Positions 25,926 through 35,760 of a stretch of DNA of 56,390 bases are shown one piece after another. A model generated the notes under the pieces. The model was not told where the DNA came from. It ran no database searches and worked only from the letters and a program-made list of their open reading frames with translations. Numbering within the stretch: the first letter of the stretch is position 1; every line of letters starts with the position of its first letter. The translations under genes and the position numbers were made by a program. The DNA is from Actinomycetota bacterium (GTDB lineage Bacteria; Actinomycetota; Acidimicrobiia; Acidimicrobiales; SZUA-35), in NCBI GenBank assembly GCA_039029335.1, contig JBCCGJ010000002.1, forward strand, positions 1 to 56,390, read 5' to 3'.

Positions 25926-26570
25926 TTAGCGGATCGGGTTCTTGTAGGTGTCCAGGTAGGTGATGCGCTCGACCGGGTCCCGGGTGGCGGCCTTGAAGTC
26001 GGTGCCTTTTGTGTAGGCCACCGGCAGCAGCCCGGCCTGGCTCATGTGCTCCGGGATACCCAGCAGCTCGGCCGCTTCGGCTTCGAGCCCGAGGTGAAGC
26101 GTCGTGTAACAGCTACCGAGACCGCGGCTTCGCAGTGCCAGCTGAAAGCTCCACATCGCAGGGATGATCGAGCCGAACAGGCCCGCCGCGGAGTTGGTGC
26201 TGCCGTCTTCCAACCGGCCGATGATCATCGGGATGACCATGACCGGCACCTTCTCCAGGTTCTGGGCCAGGAAGTTCGCCGAGTCCATGACCCGCCCGGT
26301 CTGTGAGCCCGCCTCGGTTGTCTTGGCCGCCTCCGCCAGGTAGTCGCCTCCTGCCCGACGGTAGATGTCGGCCAGCCCGGCCTTCTTCTCCTCGTCGCGA
26401 ACCACCATCCACCGCCAACCCTGCCGGTTCGACCCGGTCGGGGCCTGGACCGCCAGCTGCAGGCACTCCAGAAGGACGTCGTCCGGAACCTCCCGGTCCA
26501 GGTCTAGCCGTTTTCTGACGGCGCGGGTGGTGGAAAGAAGGGCATCGGTCTGCTCAAGGTCGAACTGCAT
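25926..26570 (-). CDS. nitroreductase family protein
   Basis: Trimmed to ATG 26570 (MQFDLEQTDALLSTTRAVRKRLDLDREVPDDVLLECLQLAVQAPTGSNRQGWRW), a typical nitroreductase N-terminus. Confidence 0.8.
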   Translation of the reverse strand: MQFDLEQTDALLSTTRAVRKRLDLDREVPDDVLLECLQLAVQAPTGSNRQGWRWMVVRDEEKKAGLADIYRRAGGDYLAEAAKTTEAGSQTGRVMDSANFLAQNLEKVPVMVIPMIIGRLEDGSTNSAAGLFGSIIPAMWSFQLALRSRGLGSCYTTLHLGLEAEAAELLGIPEHMSQAGLLPVAYTKGTDFKAATRDPVERITYLDTYKNPIR

Positions 26571-26781
26571 GGCAACAACCATGCACGAATCGACCGGTGG
26601 GCGCCAGATTCCCCGGCGGTCAGCCGCCCTACCCCGGGACTGGTACGGGAACTTTTGACATCGGGGCGGCGTTGGACCAGTACACCTTCGGCACGGACCG
26701 CGTTTGGAAAGCTCGGCGATTTGGTGGAGGTGGTTGCCGCCGGATGGCATGCTGGCCACCCGGCAGAAAAGGACAAAACCG

Positions 26782-27420
26782 ATGATTTTCCTGATTGTTT
26801 TGATCGTTCTTGTGGTGCTGATCGGGTTCTTCCTGGTCAACGTCTACAACAAGCTGGTGCGGCTGCGGGAGCGGGTGCGTAATGCATTCGCCCAGATCGA
26901 TGTGCAGCTGGAGCGGCGCCATGACCTCATCCCCAACCTGGTCGAGACGGCCAAGGGGTATATGAGCCATGAGAAGGAGACCCTTGAGGGAGTGGTGGCC
27001 GCCCGAGCCGCCGCAACCCAGGCCAGGATCGAGGTGTCCGGCGATCCGGAGAACCTCGAAGCCATGCAGAAGCTGGCCCAATCCGAGGGTGCACTCGGCG
27101 GAGCGCTCGGTCGGCTGCTTGCCGTGTCCGAGGCCTACCCGGACCTCAAGGCGAACGAGAACATGATGCAGCTCTCCGAAGAGCTGACCACGACCGAGAA
27201 CAAGATCGCCTACGCACGGCAGAACTACAACGACCAGGTCAACAACTACCAGACCTACAAGACCACGTTCCCCCCGGTGATGCTGGCCAACAACTTCGGG
27301 TTCAAGGACAGCGCCTACCTCGACCTCGACGAGAAAGCCCACAAGCGGGAGAACATCAACGTCAACTTCGACGACACGTCCAACCCGTTCCCACCGCAGC
27401 AGGGTGGTCTTCGGGACTAG
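26782..27420 (+). CDS. lemA: LemA family protein
   Basis: From ATG 26782 (aaaagga upstream): one N-terminal TM, then YNKLVRLRERVRNAFAQIDVQLERRHDLIPNLVETAKGY, the LemA signature. Confidence 0.9.
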   Translation: MIFLIVLIVLVVLIGFFLVNVYNKLVRLRERVRNAFAQIDVQLERRHDLIPNLVETAKGYMSHEKETLEGVVAARAAATQARIEVSGDPENLEAMQKLAQSEGALGGALGRLLAVSEAYPDLKANENMMQLSEELTTTENKIAYARQNYNDQVNNYQTYKTTFPPVMLANNFGFKDSAYLDLDEKAHKRENINVNFDDTSNPFPPQQGGLRD

Positions 27421-27481
27421 GTGCTGGTCCGGGGTCGGCGGTCGGCTGACCCCGGGGCTCCACTGAATCGCCCACGCATCC

Positions 27482-29545
27482 ATGGACTTCCAAACCCATC
27501 AGCAACAGGCCGAGCAGAACACGTTCCGGCTGTTCCTGCTTCTGGCGGCCGGCGTGACGGCCATCATCGCGGTGGTGTCGGTCCTGTTCATCGCGCTGTT
27601 CTACTACGGCTCCGGTGAGTTTCAGCCGCTCAGCGCCATCGCCGTCGCCGCACCCGTTACGACCGCAGTCGTGGTTGGAACCTCGCTGGTCAAGTCCAGC
27701 CAGATCAGAGGCGGCGGTGGGTCCTATGTCGCGGAGTCCATGGGCGGACGTCCGGTGGACTTCAACACACTGGACCCGGGGGAGAAACAGCTGAGCAACG
27801 TGGTGGAGGAGATTGCCATCGCCTCCGGTATGCCGGTGCCGGCCGTCTACGTCCTGGATCAGGAACCGGGGATCAACGCCTTCGCTGCCGGCTGGACCGC
27901 GGACAACGCAGCAATCGGCGTGACCCGGGGAGCACTGCAGCAGCTGAATCGGCGGGAGCTGCAAGGTGTCATCGCCCATGAGTTCGCCCATATCCGCAAC
28001 GGCGACATGCGGGTCAAGACCAGGATCATCGGTTGGGTCTACGGCATTGCCATCATCACCGTGCTTGGCCGGATTCTGCTCCACCAACTGTGGTGGGCGC
28101 CTCGCAGACGGGACAACGAGAACAACGCGGCCATGGTCATGCTGGCCGTCGGGATCGGGTTGGTGGCCATCGGCGCCGTCGGCACGCTGTTCGCCCGCAT
28201 GGTGCAGGCGGCGGTGTCCCGGCAGCGCGAGTATCTCGCCGACGCCTCGGCCGTGCAGTACACCCGGGACCCGTCCGGCATCGGCGATGCCCTGATCAAG
28301 ATCGGGGCCATGGGCCGGGACAACCGGGTCAGGGCGGCTCATGCCACCGAGGCCGGCCACCTGCTTTTCAGCACCGCCGAGGGTCGGAGCATGGCCACCC
28401 ATCCGCCGCTGAACGATCGGATCAAGCGGCTCCTTCCCGACTGGGACGGCAGCTTTCCCGACCCGGTCGCGCTGGAGGCCGAGCGCGAAGCTCGGATCGG
28501 GCGAAGTCGGCAGGGACGGGCGTCTTCGCCGGGCAGCGGGCAGTCGGCCCGGCCGCAGGGCGGGGTGCTCCCCGGTCAGGTGGCCATTCCCGGAATGCCC
28601 AACCTGGGCCTCCCCGTGGATCCCGTCATCATCGCCGGGTTGGACGGCCAAGCTCGCCAGCCCGGCCAGCCCCGACCGACAGCACATCCCAAATCGACCG
28701 GTCAGACGCAGCCACCGCCACCCCAACCGGCCGGTCGCCCTGCCAACGGGTTCTCGGCCCCATCGTTCACCGGGCCGTCCGACGCCCACATCGAACACGC
28801 CAGAGAGCTGCTGGCCATGATCCCGGAGCCAACCCAGAACTTCCTCCACACCCGGCAGGGGGCGGTGGCGGCCGTGATCGGGCTGCTGGTGTCTTCGGAC
28901 GAGGCCAGCCGCCCTGCGCAGTTGGCGCGGGCCGGCGCCGAGCTCAACCTGGACCCGGACTACCTGGATGCTGCAGGCAAGGTCATCTCCGACCTCCACC
29001 GGTCGCTCCAGCTGCCGGCCGTCGACATCGCCCTGCACTCGATTCACGAGCTGCCCTATGAGTTCAAGCTCACGCTGGCCGCCACCATCGAAGACATCGA
29101 GAGCAACCGACCGGATCAGGATCTGTTCCGCTGGATGCTGCGCCGGGTCATGCTCCGCCACTTGGAGGATCAGCACGACGACGGCTCCGCTGTTCACAAC
29201 CGATCGTTGAACGAACTGCGGCAGGAGGCGGCGACCGTGCTGGCCATCGTTGCGTGGTTCAACAGCTCCGGCGGCGACCAGGCGCAGTCGGCGTACGACG
29301 CCGCGCTGGCCGCCATCGGGTCTCCGGCCGCTGGTATTCCGCCGGTGCAGCAGCTGACCTTCGATCGGTTGGACCAAGCCCTCGACCGGCTGTCCGACCT
29401 GGACCAGCCGGGGCGAGAGGCGTTTGTCAACGGGGCAACCGCCGCGGTCCTCCACGACGGCAAGACCACGGTTGAGGAGGCCGAGCTGATCCGGGTGGTC
29501 GCCGACGCCGTCCGGCTGCCGGTCCCTCCGCTGCTCCCCGTCTGA
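27482..29545 (+). CDS. M48-family zinc metallopeptidase (HtpX-like) with a long C-terminal extension
   Basis: HEFAHIRNGD (HExxH) between TM segments. A Pro/Gln-rich linker is followed by about 290 aa of helical region ending TTVEEAELIRVVADAVRLP (TerB-like flavour; tentative). Confidence 0.85.
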   Translation: MDFQTHQQQAEQNTFRLFLLLAAGVTAIIAVVSVLFIALFYYGSGEFQPLSAIAVAAPVTTAVVVGTSLVKSSQIRGGGGSYVAESMGGRPVDFNTLDPGEKQLSNVVEEIAIASGMPVPAVYVLDQEPGINAFAAGWTADNAAIGVTRGALQQLNRRELQGVIAHEFAHIRNGDMRVKTRIIGWVYGIAIITVLGRILLHQLWWAPRRRDNENNAAMVMLAVGIGLVAIGAVGTLFARMVQAAVSRQREYLADASAVQYTRDPSGIGDALIKIGAMGRDNRVRAAHATEAGHLLFSTAEGRSMATHPPLNDRIKRLLPDWDGSFPDPVALEAEREARIGRSRQGRASSPGSGQSARPQGGVLPGQVAIPGMPNLGLPVDPVIIAGLDGQARQPGQPRPTAHPKSTGQTQPPPPQPAGRPANGFSAPSFTGPSDAHIEHARELLAMIPEPTQNFLHTRQGAVAAVIGLLVSSDEASRPAQLARAGAELNLDPDYLDAAGKVISDLHRSLQLPAVDIALHSIHELPYEFKLTLAATIEDIESNRPDQDLFRWMLRRVMLRHLEDQHDDGSAVHNRSLNELRQEAATVLAIVAWFNSSGGDQAQSAYDAALAAIGSPAAGIPPVQQLTFDRLDQALDRLSDLDQPGREAFVNGATAAVLHDGKTTVEEAELIRVVADAVRLPVPPLLPV

Positions 29546-29560
29546 TCCAACCACCCCAAC

Positions 29561-29611
29561 GAAATTTGGGCCGCCCACCCACAAGAATTGTGGGCTGTGT
29601 GCCCAGATTTC
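29561..29611. terminator. nested hairpin between convergent genes (putative bidirectional terminator)
   Basis: Outer arms gaaatttgggc / gcccagatttc (1 mismatch). Inner perfect stem cccacaa-gaa-ttgtggg (29578-29594). The region is unusually AT-rich for this window. Confidence 0.5.
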
Positions 29612-29644
29612 GGAGATGAGCGGGAGGGGGAGGGTGCGGGCCGT

Positions 29645-30769
29645 TTAGGTGAAGCTGTCCAGCGCGGCTTCCAGCGAGGCCACCGTTCGATCGATGTGGC
29701 CGATCTTGTCCAGACCGAACAGCCCGATCCGGAACGTCGAGAAGTCGTCCGGCTCGTCGACCATCAGCGGCACGCCGCCCGCAACCTGCAACCCTGCGTC
29801 GGCAAAGCGCTTCCCGGTCTTGATGTCGGCGGCGTCGGTGTAGGACACCACAACGCCCGGCGCCTGGAAGCCGGCGGCGGCAACGCTGGTGAACCCCCGG
29901 CTCTCCAGCAGGGCCCGTACCCGGGCACCCAGGTCGGCCTGGGCCGCGGCGACCGCATCAAAGCCGAACGCCTCGGTCTCCTGCATCACGTTGCGGAAGA
30001 CCGTCAGCGCGTCGGTTGGCATGGTGGCGTGGTAGGCGTGGCCGCCCGTCTCGTAGGCCGCCATGATCTCCCGCCACTTCCGTAGGTCGCAGGAAAAGCT
30101 GGAGCTGGTGGTGGCCTCCAACCGTTCAACCCCGGCGGCCGACAGCATCACCAGCCCGGCGCACGGCGGACCGCTCCAACCTTTCTGCGGGGCGGAAACC
30201 AACACGTCGACACCGGTGGCCGCCATGTCGACCCAGATCGTGCCGGACGCAATGCAGTCCAGCACAAAGATCCCGCCGACCGCATGGGTGGCCTCCGCAA
30301 CCGCCGACAGATAGTCGGTGGGCAGCATCATGCCGGCGGACGTCTCCACGTGGGGAGCGAACACCACGGACGGCTTCTCCGCCTCGATCGCCGCCACAAC
30401 CTCGTCGATGGGTGCTGGCGAGAACGGGGCCTGAGACGCGCCGGATGACCGGGCCTTCAACACCGTGTGGGAGGCGGGGATCGACCCGGCCTCGAAGATC
30501 TGGGTCCACCGGTAGCTGAACCAGCCGTTGCGGATCACCAGCACGTGCTGGTCGGTCGCGAACTGTCGGGCGACGGCCTCCATGCCGTAGGTGCCGCTGC
30601 CGGGCACGATCGTCACCGCCTCGGCGTTGTAGACCTGGCCGAGCGTCCGGGATATGTCGGTCATCACCGTCTGGAACGAGACGGACATGTGGTTGACCGC
30701 CCGGTCGGTGTACACCACCGAGTACTCGAGCAGACCGTCGGGATCGACGTTTGGCAGCAGACCGGGCAT
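29645..30769 (-). CDS. class V aminotransferase (alanine-glyoxylate / serine-pyruvate / AEP-type)
   Basis: 374 aa with overall class-V layout, including SAPQKGWSGPPCAGLVM around the PLP-lysine region. Confidence 0.8.
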   Translation of the reverse strand: MPGLLPNVDPDGLLEYSVVYTDRAVNHMSVSFQTVMTDISRTLGQVYNAEAVTIVPGSGTYGMEAVARQFATDQHVLVIRNGWFSYRWTQIFEAGSIPASHTVLKARSSGASQAPFSPAPIDEVVAAIEAEKPSVVFAPHVETSAGMMLPTDYLSAVAEATHAVGGIFVLDCIASGTIWVDMAATGVDVLVSAPQKGWSGPPCAGLVMLSAAGVERLEATTSSSFSCDLRKWREIMAAYETGGHAYHATMPTDALTVFRNVMQETEAFGFDAVAAAQADLGARVRALLESRGFTSVAAAGFQAPGVVVSYTDAADIKTGKRFADAGLQVAGGVPLMVDEPDDFSTFRIGLFGLDKIGHIDRTVASLEAALDSFT

Positions 30770-30921
30770 GAATTCCTCCGAACAGAGTTTGTTTCGGCCA
30801 CCGCAGGCCGACCCGGCCCATGGTAACGGTGGCGGCCGGATCCTTCCCGTTCCGTTTCGGCTCCGCCCGGTAGGTCCTGCGGTTCGTTGCCGATCCAGGT
30901 TGTGTCTGAAACACTGGCCCG

Positions 30922-32631
30922 ATGTCAGACGCAGACGTCTTCATCCAGGCTCGAGACTCCCTCCAGGGGCTTCGAACCGACTACGACAGTGCGATGGACG
31001 GGTTCGAGTGGCCGGAACTCGGCGAGTTCAACTGGGCCATCGACTACTTCGACCGGATCGCCGAAGGGAACGACGCTCCTGCGCTGCACATCATCGACGA
31101 GGGCCCGGACGGGCTCCCCGGGCCGGAATCGAAGCTCAGCTACGCCGAGCTGTCCGTCCGCTCGAACCGAGTGGCCAACTTCCTCGTCGGCAACGGCGCG
31201 AAGCGGGGCGACCGGATCCTGCTGATGCTCGGCAACGAGGTGGCGCTGTGGGAAACGATGCTCGCCGCCATCAAGATCGGGTCGGTCGTCATCCCGGCAA
31301 CCACGCTCCTGGCTGGGGCCGATCTGGCGGACCGGATGGCCCGGGGCAACGCAACGATGGTGGTGACCAACCAGACCGGTGTTGCGTCATTCGGTGAACT
31401 GGACCAGTCCCTCCTGGACGGCGTGACCCGCATTGCGGTCGGCGGTGGTCCGGTGGGCTGGATCGACTACGCCGACAGCGACGGATCGGGAACCAAGTTC
31501 CTACAACCGGAGCCGACAACGCCCGCCGATCCGCTGCTGGAGTACTTCACGTCCGGTACGACCGCAAAACCAAAGCTGGTACAGCACACCCAGATCAGCT
31601 ACCCGGTTGGTCACCTGTCCACCATGTACTGGCTCGGCCTGCAGAAGGGTGACGTCCACTGGACGATCAGCTCACCCGGCTGGGCCAAGCACGCGTGGAG
31701 CTGTTTCTTTGCACCATTCAACGCCCAGGCCTGCATCTTCATGTTCAACTACACCCGGTTCGACGGCCCGACCGTATTGAACGTCCTGGTCGACAACGGG
31801 GTCAACACCCTCTGCGCCCCTCCGACCGTGTGGCGGTTCCTCATCCAGGAGGACATGACCGCCTACCAGGTGAAGCTCCGGGAGCTGATCTCCGCCGGCG
31901 AGCCGCTCAACCCCGAGGTCATCGAACAGGTCGAGGCCGCATGGGAGCTCACCATCCGCGACGGGTACGGCCAGACCGAAACCACCGCCCAGATCGGCAA
32001 CACGCCGGGCGCCACGCTCAAGCCGGGATCGATGGGTCGGCCACTCCCCGGCTATCGCATCGAACTGCTCGACCCGGACGGCAACCCGGCCGACGAGGGG
32101 GAGATCTGTGTTGCCCTCGGCGACGACCGACCGGTCGGTCTGATGACCAGCTACATCGACGACCCCGCGAAGACCGCCGAGGTCACCGCTGATGGCTACT
32201 ACCACACCGGTGACGTCGCCAGCCGGGACGAGGACGGGTACATCACCTACGTCGGGCGGGCTGACGACGTCTTCAAGGCGTCCGGCTACCGGATCAGCCC
32301 GTTCGAGTTGGAAAGTGTCCTGATCGAGCATCCGGCGGTCGCCGAGGCCGCAGTTGTTCCGTCTCCCGATCCACTGCGGGGGTACGTGCCGAAGGCCTAC
32401 GTCATCCTCGCCGCCGATATCAAACCGGACGGCGACACCGCCGGTTCGATCTTCGGGTTCATGCGGGAGCGGGTCTCCGGGTACAAGTTGGTGAGGCGGT
32501 TGGAGTTCAGCGATCTGCCGAAGACCATCTCCGGCAAAATCCGCCGGGTCGAGTTGCGGGGCAACGAGAACGACCGGCCGGAGGAAGGCCCGCGCAACGA
32601 CCGGGAGTTCCTCGAATCGGACTTCAAGTAG
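30922..32631 (+). CDS. AMP-forming acyl-CoA synthetase / ligase
   Basis: YFTSGTTAKPKLV (AMP-binding motif), GYGQTET, YHTGD, LPKTISGKIRR. Confidence 0.9.
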   Translation: MSDADVFIQARDSLQGLRTDYDSAMDGFEWPELGEFNWAIDYFDRIAEGNDAPALHIIDEGPDGLPGPESKLSYAELSVRSNRVANFLVGNGAKRGDRILLMLGNEVALWETMLAAIKIGSVVIPATTLLAGADLADRMARGNATMVVTNQTGVASFGELDQSLLDGVTRIAVGGGPVGWIDYADSDGSGTKFLQPEPTTPADPLLEYFTSGTTAKPKLVQHTQISYPVGHLSTMYWLGLQKGDVHWTISSPGWAKHAWSCFFAPFNAQACIFMFNYTRFDGPTVLNVLVDNGVNTLCAPPTVWRFLIQEDMTAYQVKLRELISAGEPLNPEVIEQVEAAWELTIRDGYGQTETTAQIGNTPGATLKPGSMGRPLPGYRIELLDPDGNPADEGEICVALGDDRPVGLMTSYIDDPAKTAEVTADGYYHTGDVASRDEDGYITYVGRADDVFKASGYRISPFELESVLIEHPAVAEAAVVPSPDPLRGYVPKAYVILAADIKPDGDTAGSIFGFMRERVSGYKLVRRLEFSDLPKTISGKIRRVELRGNENDRPEEGPRNDREFLESDFK

Positions 32632-32689
32632 GGCGTCGATTTCGAGAGCCCAATTTCTGGTGTGGCAGCAGCCGTGACAAGCTTCTGTC

Positions 32690-34471
32690 ATGGCTGAGGA
32701 CTCCACAACCGACGACGCGCCAACCGAAAAACCCGAACAGCGCAAGCGTCGTCCGCAGCGGCCGCAGGCCTACTACGACGAGATCAAAGACCGGTTTGCC
32801 GCCGAGCGGGACCTTCGGCTCGACTACCGCCCGCCTGGCACCGACCAGTGGGTGCCCGCCGAAGGTGAGCTGGCGACCTACGAGCAGGACCCCCACGCCA
32901 CCGAGAGCATCGATCGGGATCCAATCACCGACACCGTCGAGGTGCTCTTCATTGGTGGTGGGTTCTCGGCACTGCTGACTTCGGCCCGTCTTCGTCAGCG
33001 CGGCGTCGAGAGCATCCGCATCGTCGAGCGTGGGGCGGACGTCGGCGGCACCTGGTACTGGAATCGCTACCCGGGTGTTGCCTGTGATGTCGTCGCCTAC
33101 GACTACCTGCCGCTTCTGGACGAGATGGGCTACGTCCCCAGCAGGCACTACGCAGGCGGACCGGAGATCCTCCGCCATTGCCAGGCCATCGCCGACCGGT
33201 ACGACCTCTACGACCTGGCGGTCTTCCAGACCACGGTTACCTCCACCACGTGGAACGGTGACGAGGAGCTGTGGCACGTCGAGACCGACCGGGGCGATCG
33301 GATGAAGGCCCAGTTCGTCGTCTGCGCAAACGGCACGCTGGCCAAGCCGAAGCTGGCCAGGATCGACGGGATGACGTCCTTTGCCGGCACGTCGTTCCAC
33401 ACCTCCCGGTGGGACTACGACTACACCGGTGCCGACCTGTCGAACCTGGCGGACAAGCGGGTGGCCATCATCGGGACCGGAGCCTCCGCCGTCCAGATCA
33501 TCCCCGAGGTCGCCAAGGTGGCGAAGGAGTTGTACGTCTTCCAGCGGACACCTTCGTCCATCGACATCCGGGACGATTGGGAGACCGATCAGGACTGGGC
33601 GAAATCCCTCAAGCCAGGGTGGCAGGCGAAGCGGCGGGCCAAGGCGTTGGCCAGGATGGGTCGGGGCGGCTTCGTCTACGGCGGCGGCAAGTTCGAGGAC
33701 CTGTCGCGGGAAGAGAAGATCCGCCGCCAGGAGAACGCCAACATCGACGCCATGATGCGGATCCATCGCCGTATCGACGAGGTGGTCGAGGATCCCGAAA
33801 CGGCCGAGGCCCTCAAGCCGTGGTACATGCTGATGTGCAAGCGGCCGTGTTTCCACAACGAGTATCTGCCGACCTTCAACCTGCCGAACGTCCACCTGAT
33901 CGACACCAAGGGAAAGGGTGTCACGCTCATCGACGAGAGCGGGCCGACGTTCGACGGCACCGTGTACGAGGTTGACCTGCTTATCTACGCAACCGGGTTC
34001 GAGGTCCAGCAGACCGGCATCTACAACCGCATCGTCGGCGAGCATGGTCTCGACCTGAACGAGAAGTACGCCGACGGGATCCGGACCGTGTTCGGCATCC
34101 ACTCCAGCGGCTTCCCGAACCTGTTCATCATGGGTGGGTACCAGGCGCCGTTCCAGTTCAACCTGACCGACATGCTCCAGACCCAGGGTGATCACATCGC
34201 CGCCTGCATCGACCACGTCCGGTCCAACGGGTTGCACTCCATCGACCCGACACCGGAGATGGAGGAGTGGTGGGTCCAGCAGGTGATCGACCATCGGGGC
34301 AAGACCAACCGGAACAAGGAATGCACGCCGGGCTACTACAACTTTGAAGGTCAGTTCAATCGTCGGCAGGACGGCAACTACAACGCAGGCATCCTCACCT
34401 ACGTGGAGCACATGACCGACGTCCGGGAGAACCGGATGGACGAAGCGTTTCGGTTCACCGCCCGCCGGTAG
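32690..34471 (+). CDS. Baeyer-Villiger type flavin monooxygenase (cyclohexanone monooxygenase-like)
   Basis: GGGFSAL FAD motif, BVMO fingerprint FAGTSFHTSRWD (FxGxxxHxxxW), IIGTGASAVQ NADPH motif. Confidence 0.9.
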   Translation: MAEDSTTDDAPTEKPEQRKRRPQRPQAYYDEIKDRFAAERDLRLDYRPPGTDQWVPAEGELATYEQDPHATESIDRDPITDTVEVLFIGGGFSALLTSARLRQRGVESIRIVERGADVGGTWYWNRYPGVACDVVAYDYLPLLDEMGYVPSRHYAGGPEILRHCQAIADRYDLYDLAVFQTTVTSTTWNGDEELWHVETDRGDRMKAQFVVCANGTLAKPKLARIDGMTSFAGTSFHTSRWDYDYTGADLSNLADKRVAIIGTGASAVQIIPEVAKVAKELYVFQRTPSSIDIRDDWETDQDWAKSLKPGWQAKRRAKALARMGRGGFVYGGGKFEDLSREEKIRRQENANIDAMMRIHRRIDEVVEDPETAEALKPWYMLMCKRPCFHNEYLPTFNLPNVHLIDTKGKGVTLIDESGPTFDGTVYEVDLLIYATGFEVQQTGIYNRIVGEHGLDLNEKYADGIRTVFGIHSSGFPNLFIMGGYQAPFQFNLTDMLQTQGDHIAACIDHVRSNGLHSIDPTPEMEEWWVQQVIDHRGKTNRNKECTPGYYNFEGQFNRRQDGNYNAGILTYVEHMTDVRENRMDEAFRFTARR

Positions 34472-34641
34472 GACGGGCCGGAAGGCCGATCGCTGAGCGA
34501 TCTCACCCAATCTCGGATCGACATTGGGCTAGTTGGCCGATACGGAACGGCCGATGGCTGCGGTTAGCGTGGAGGTACGGGATTGTCGGGCGTTTTCCCG
34601 CTGTTTCCCCCGGTTTTACCGAACGTCAAGGGTGTCCCTGG

Positions 34642-35760
34642 ATGCACGTCTCTCACGCTGATCAGCCCGACTCGGCTGCCTCCGGCGCAGCCGGTGCTTT
34701 TGGCGCGTCCGGAGACCTGTTCGCCGAGCTCGGCACCCTGCATGTCCTGGGCGGAAAGCAGCGAAACCCCGCAGGCATGCGTGAGCTGGACACCCAGTGG
34801 TACGGCTACGGAAACGGCGTTGCCATCGAGTTGACCGACGGTTCGCCCGCCCCCGCCCACGAATGGCACTCCCGGCCGGGTACGTACGGACCGGACGATC
34901 CCATCCTGTTCAAGTCGGCCCAACTGGTCGGCGATCTCCTGTACGCCTGCAGCCAGACCGAGGCGATGATCTTCCGGTATCCGGACTTCGAGCTGCTGCA
35001 CCACATCAGCCACCCGCTGTTCAATGACGTGCACCATGCGGTGCCGGGGCCGATGCTGGACGCCGCGTCCTCGACCGGTCAGGCCGGCTCGGTACCGGAC
35101 ACGGTGTGTGTTGCGGTGTCGGGGCAGGACGCGGTGATGGAGGTCAGCCTGGACGGGGAGCTTGTCGGCCTGTGGCGGGTCGACGGTCGGGATCACACCG
35201 GGTTGATCGATCAGACAAGGGACTACCGGATCAACACCAAACTCAAGCCGCACGCCTCCCACCCCAACTACCTCTTCCGCATGCCGGACGGCAAATTGTG
35301 GGTCAACCGGTTCGAGACGAGGGATGCGGTGCAGGTCGGGGACGTCTCCCGCCGTATCGGTATCGAGCGGGAGCGTTGCCACGACGGCGTGGTCCTTGAC
35401 GGGCTCGTCCACTTCACCACCGTCGACGGCCATGTCGTCGCCGCCGACACCGAGACACTGGAGGTCGTGCGTGAGCAGCCGTTGTCGGGCAAGCGGGACG
35501 ACGGCCTGCTCGGCTGGTGTCGAGGCCTGACGTTCATCGGCGATCACGCCGTCGTCGGGTTCTCCCGGATCCGCCATACAAAGGTCCGTGGCGCCCTCAG
35601 CTGGGTCAGGACCGGCTTCACCCATGCCGAGCCGACCCGCATCGCCGTCTACGACCGCAGGACCTGGGCGTTGGTCGACGAGGTCGACCTCGAGCCCGCC
35701 GGTTGCAACGCCGTGTTCTCCATCATCTCCGAGCAGCAGTCCGGCGGTCACGGTGGCTGA
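34642..35760 (+). CDS. hypothetical protein (possibly TIGR03032/DUF4915-like; unverified)
   Basis: 372-aa ORF with no motif I can assign firmly. GWCRGLTFIGDHAVVGFSRIR resembles the RGLaf.g.yafVGLSk.R block that I recall for that family. Its stop overlaps the GTG start of the next GT4. Confidence 0.55.
   Translation: MHVSHADQPDSAASGAAGAFGASGDLFAELGTLHVLGGKQRNPAGMRELDTQWYGYGNGVAIELTDGSPAPAHEWHSRPGTYGPDDPILFKSAQLVGDLLYACSQTEAMIFRYPDFELLHHISHPLFNDVHHAVPGPMLDAASSTGQAGSVPDTVCVAVSGQDAVMEVSLDGELVGLWRVDGRDHTGLIDQTRDYRINTKLKPHASHPNYLFRMPDGKLWVNRFETRDAVQVGDVSRRIGIERERCHDGVVLDGLVHFTTVDGHVVAADTETLEVVREQPLSGKRDDGLLGWCRGLTFIGDHAVVGFSRIRHTKVRGALSWVRTGFTHAEPTRIAVYDRRTWALVDEVDLEPAGCNAVFSIISEQQSGGHGG

Noticed and set aside
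25799-25963. 54-aa Cys-rich ORF (VNPTGCLYVCASAG...SCGCAPG...SCRCPGR) in frame just after the radical SAM gene stop; considered as a RiPP precursor or a TGA read-through extension
   Set aside because: No Shine-Dalgarno sequence precedes the GTG. The ORF contains the 10-bp terminator-like inverted repeat and overlaps the nitroreductase 3' end by 38 nt. The radical SAM enzyme is the B12 type rather than SPASM/sactisynthase-like. TGC codons are expected by chance in this GC context.
27362-29584. 740-aa minus-strand ORF antisense to the M48 peptidase gene
   Set aside because: The translation is Arg/Gly/Pro/Val-rich and has no motifs. The plus-strand frame carries a clear HExxH peptidase with TM segments. 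This is a typical shadow ORF of GC-rich DNA.
32624-34510. 628-aa minus-strand ORF antisense to the BVMO gene
   Set aside because: Same reasoning: the plus-strand product has three canonical BVMO motifs and the antisense product has none.
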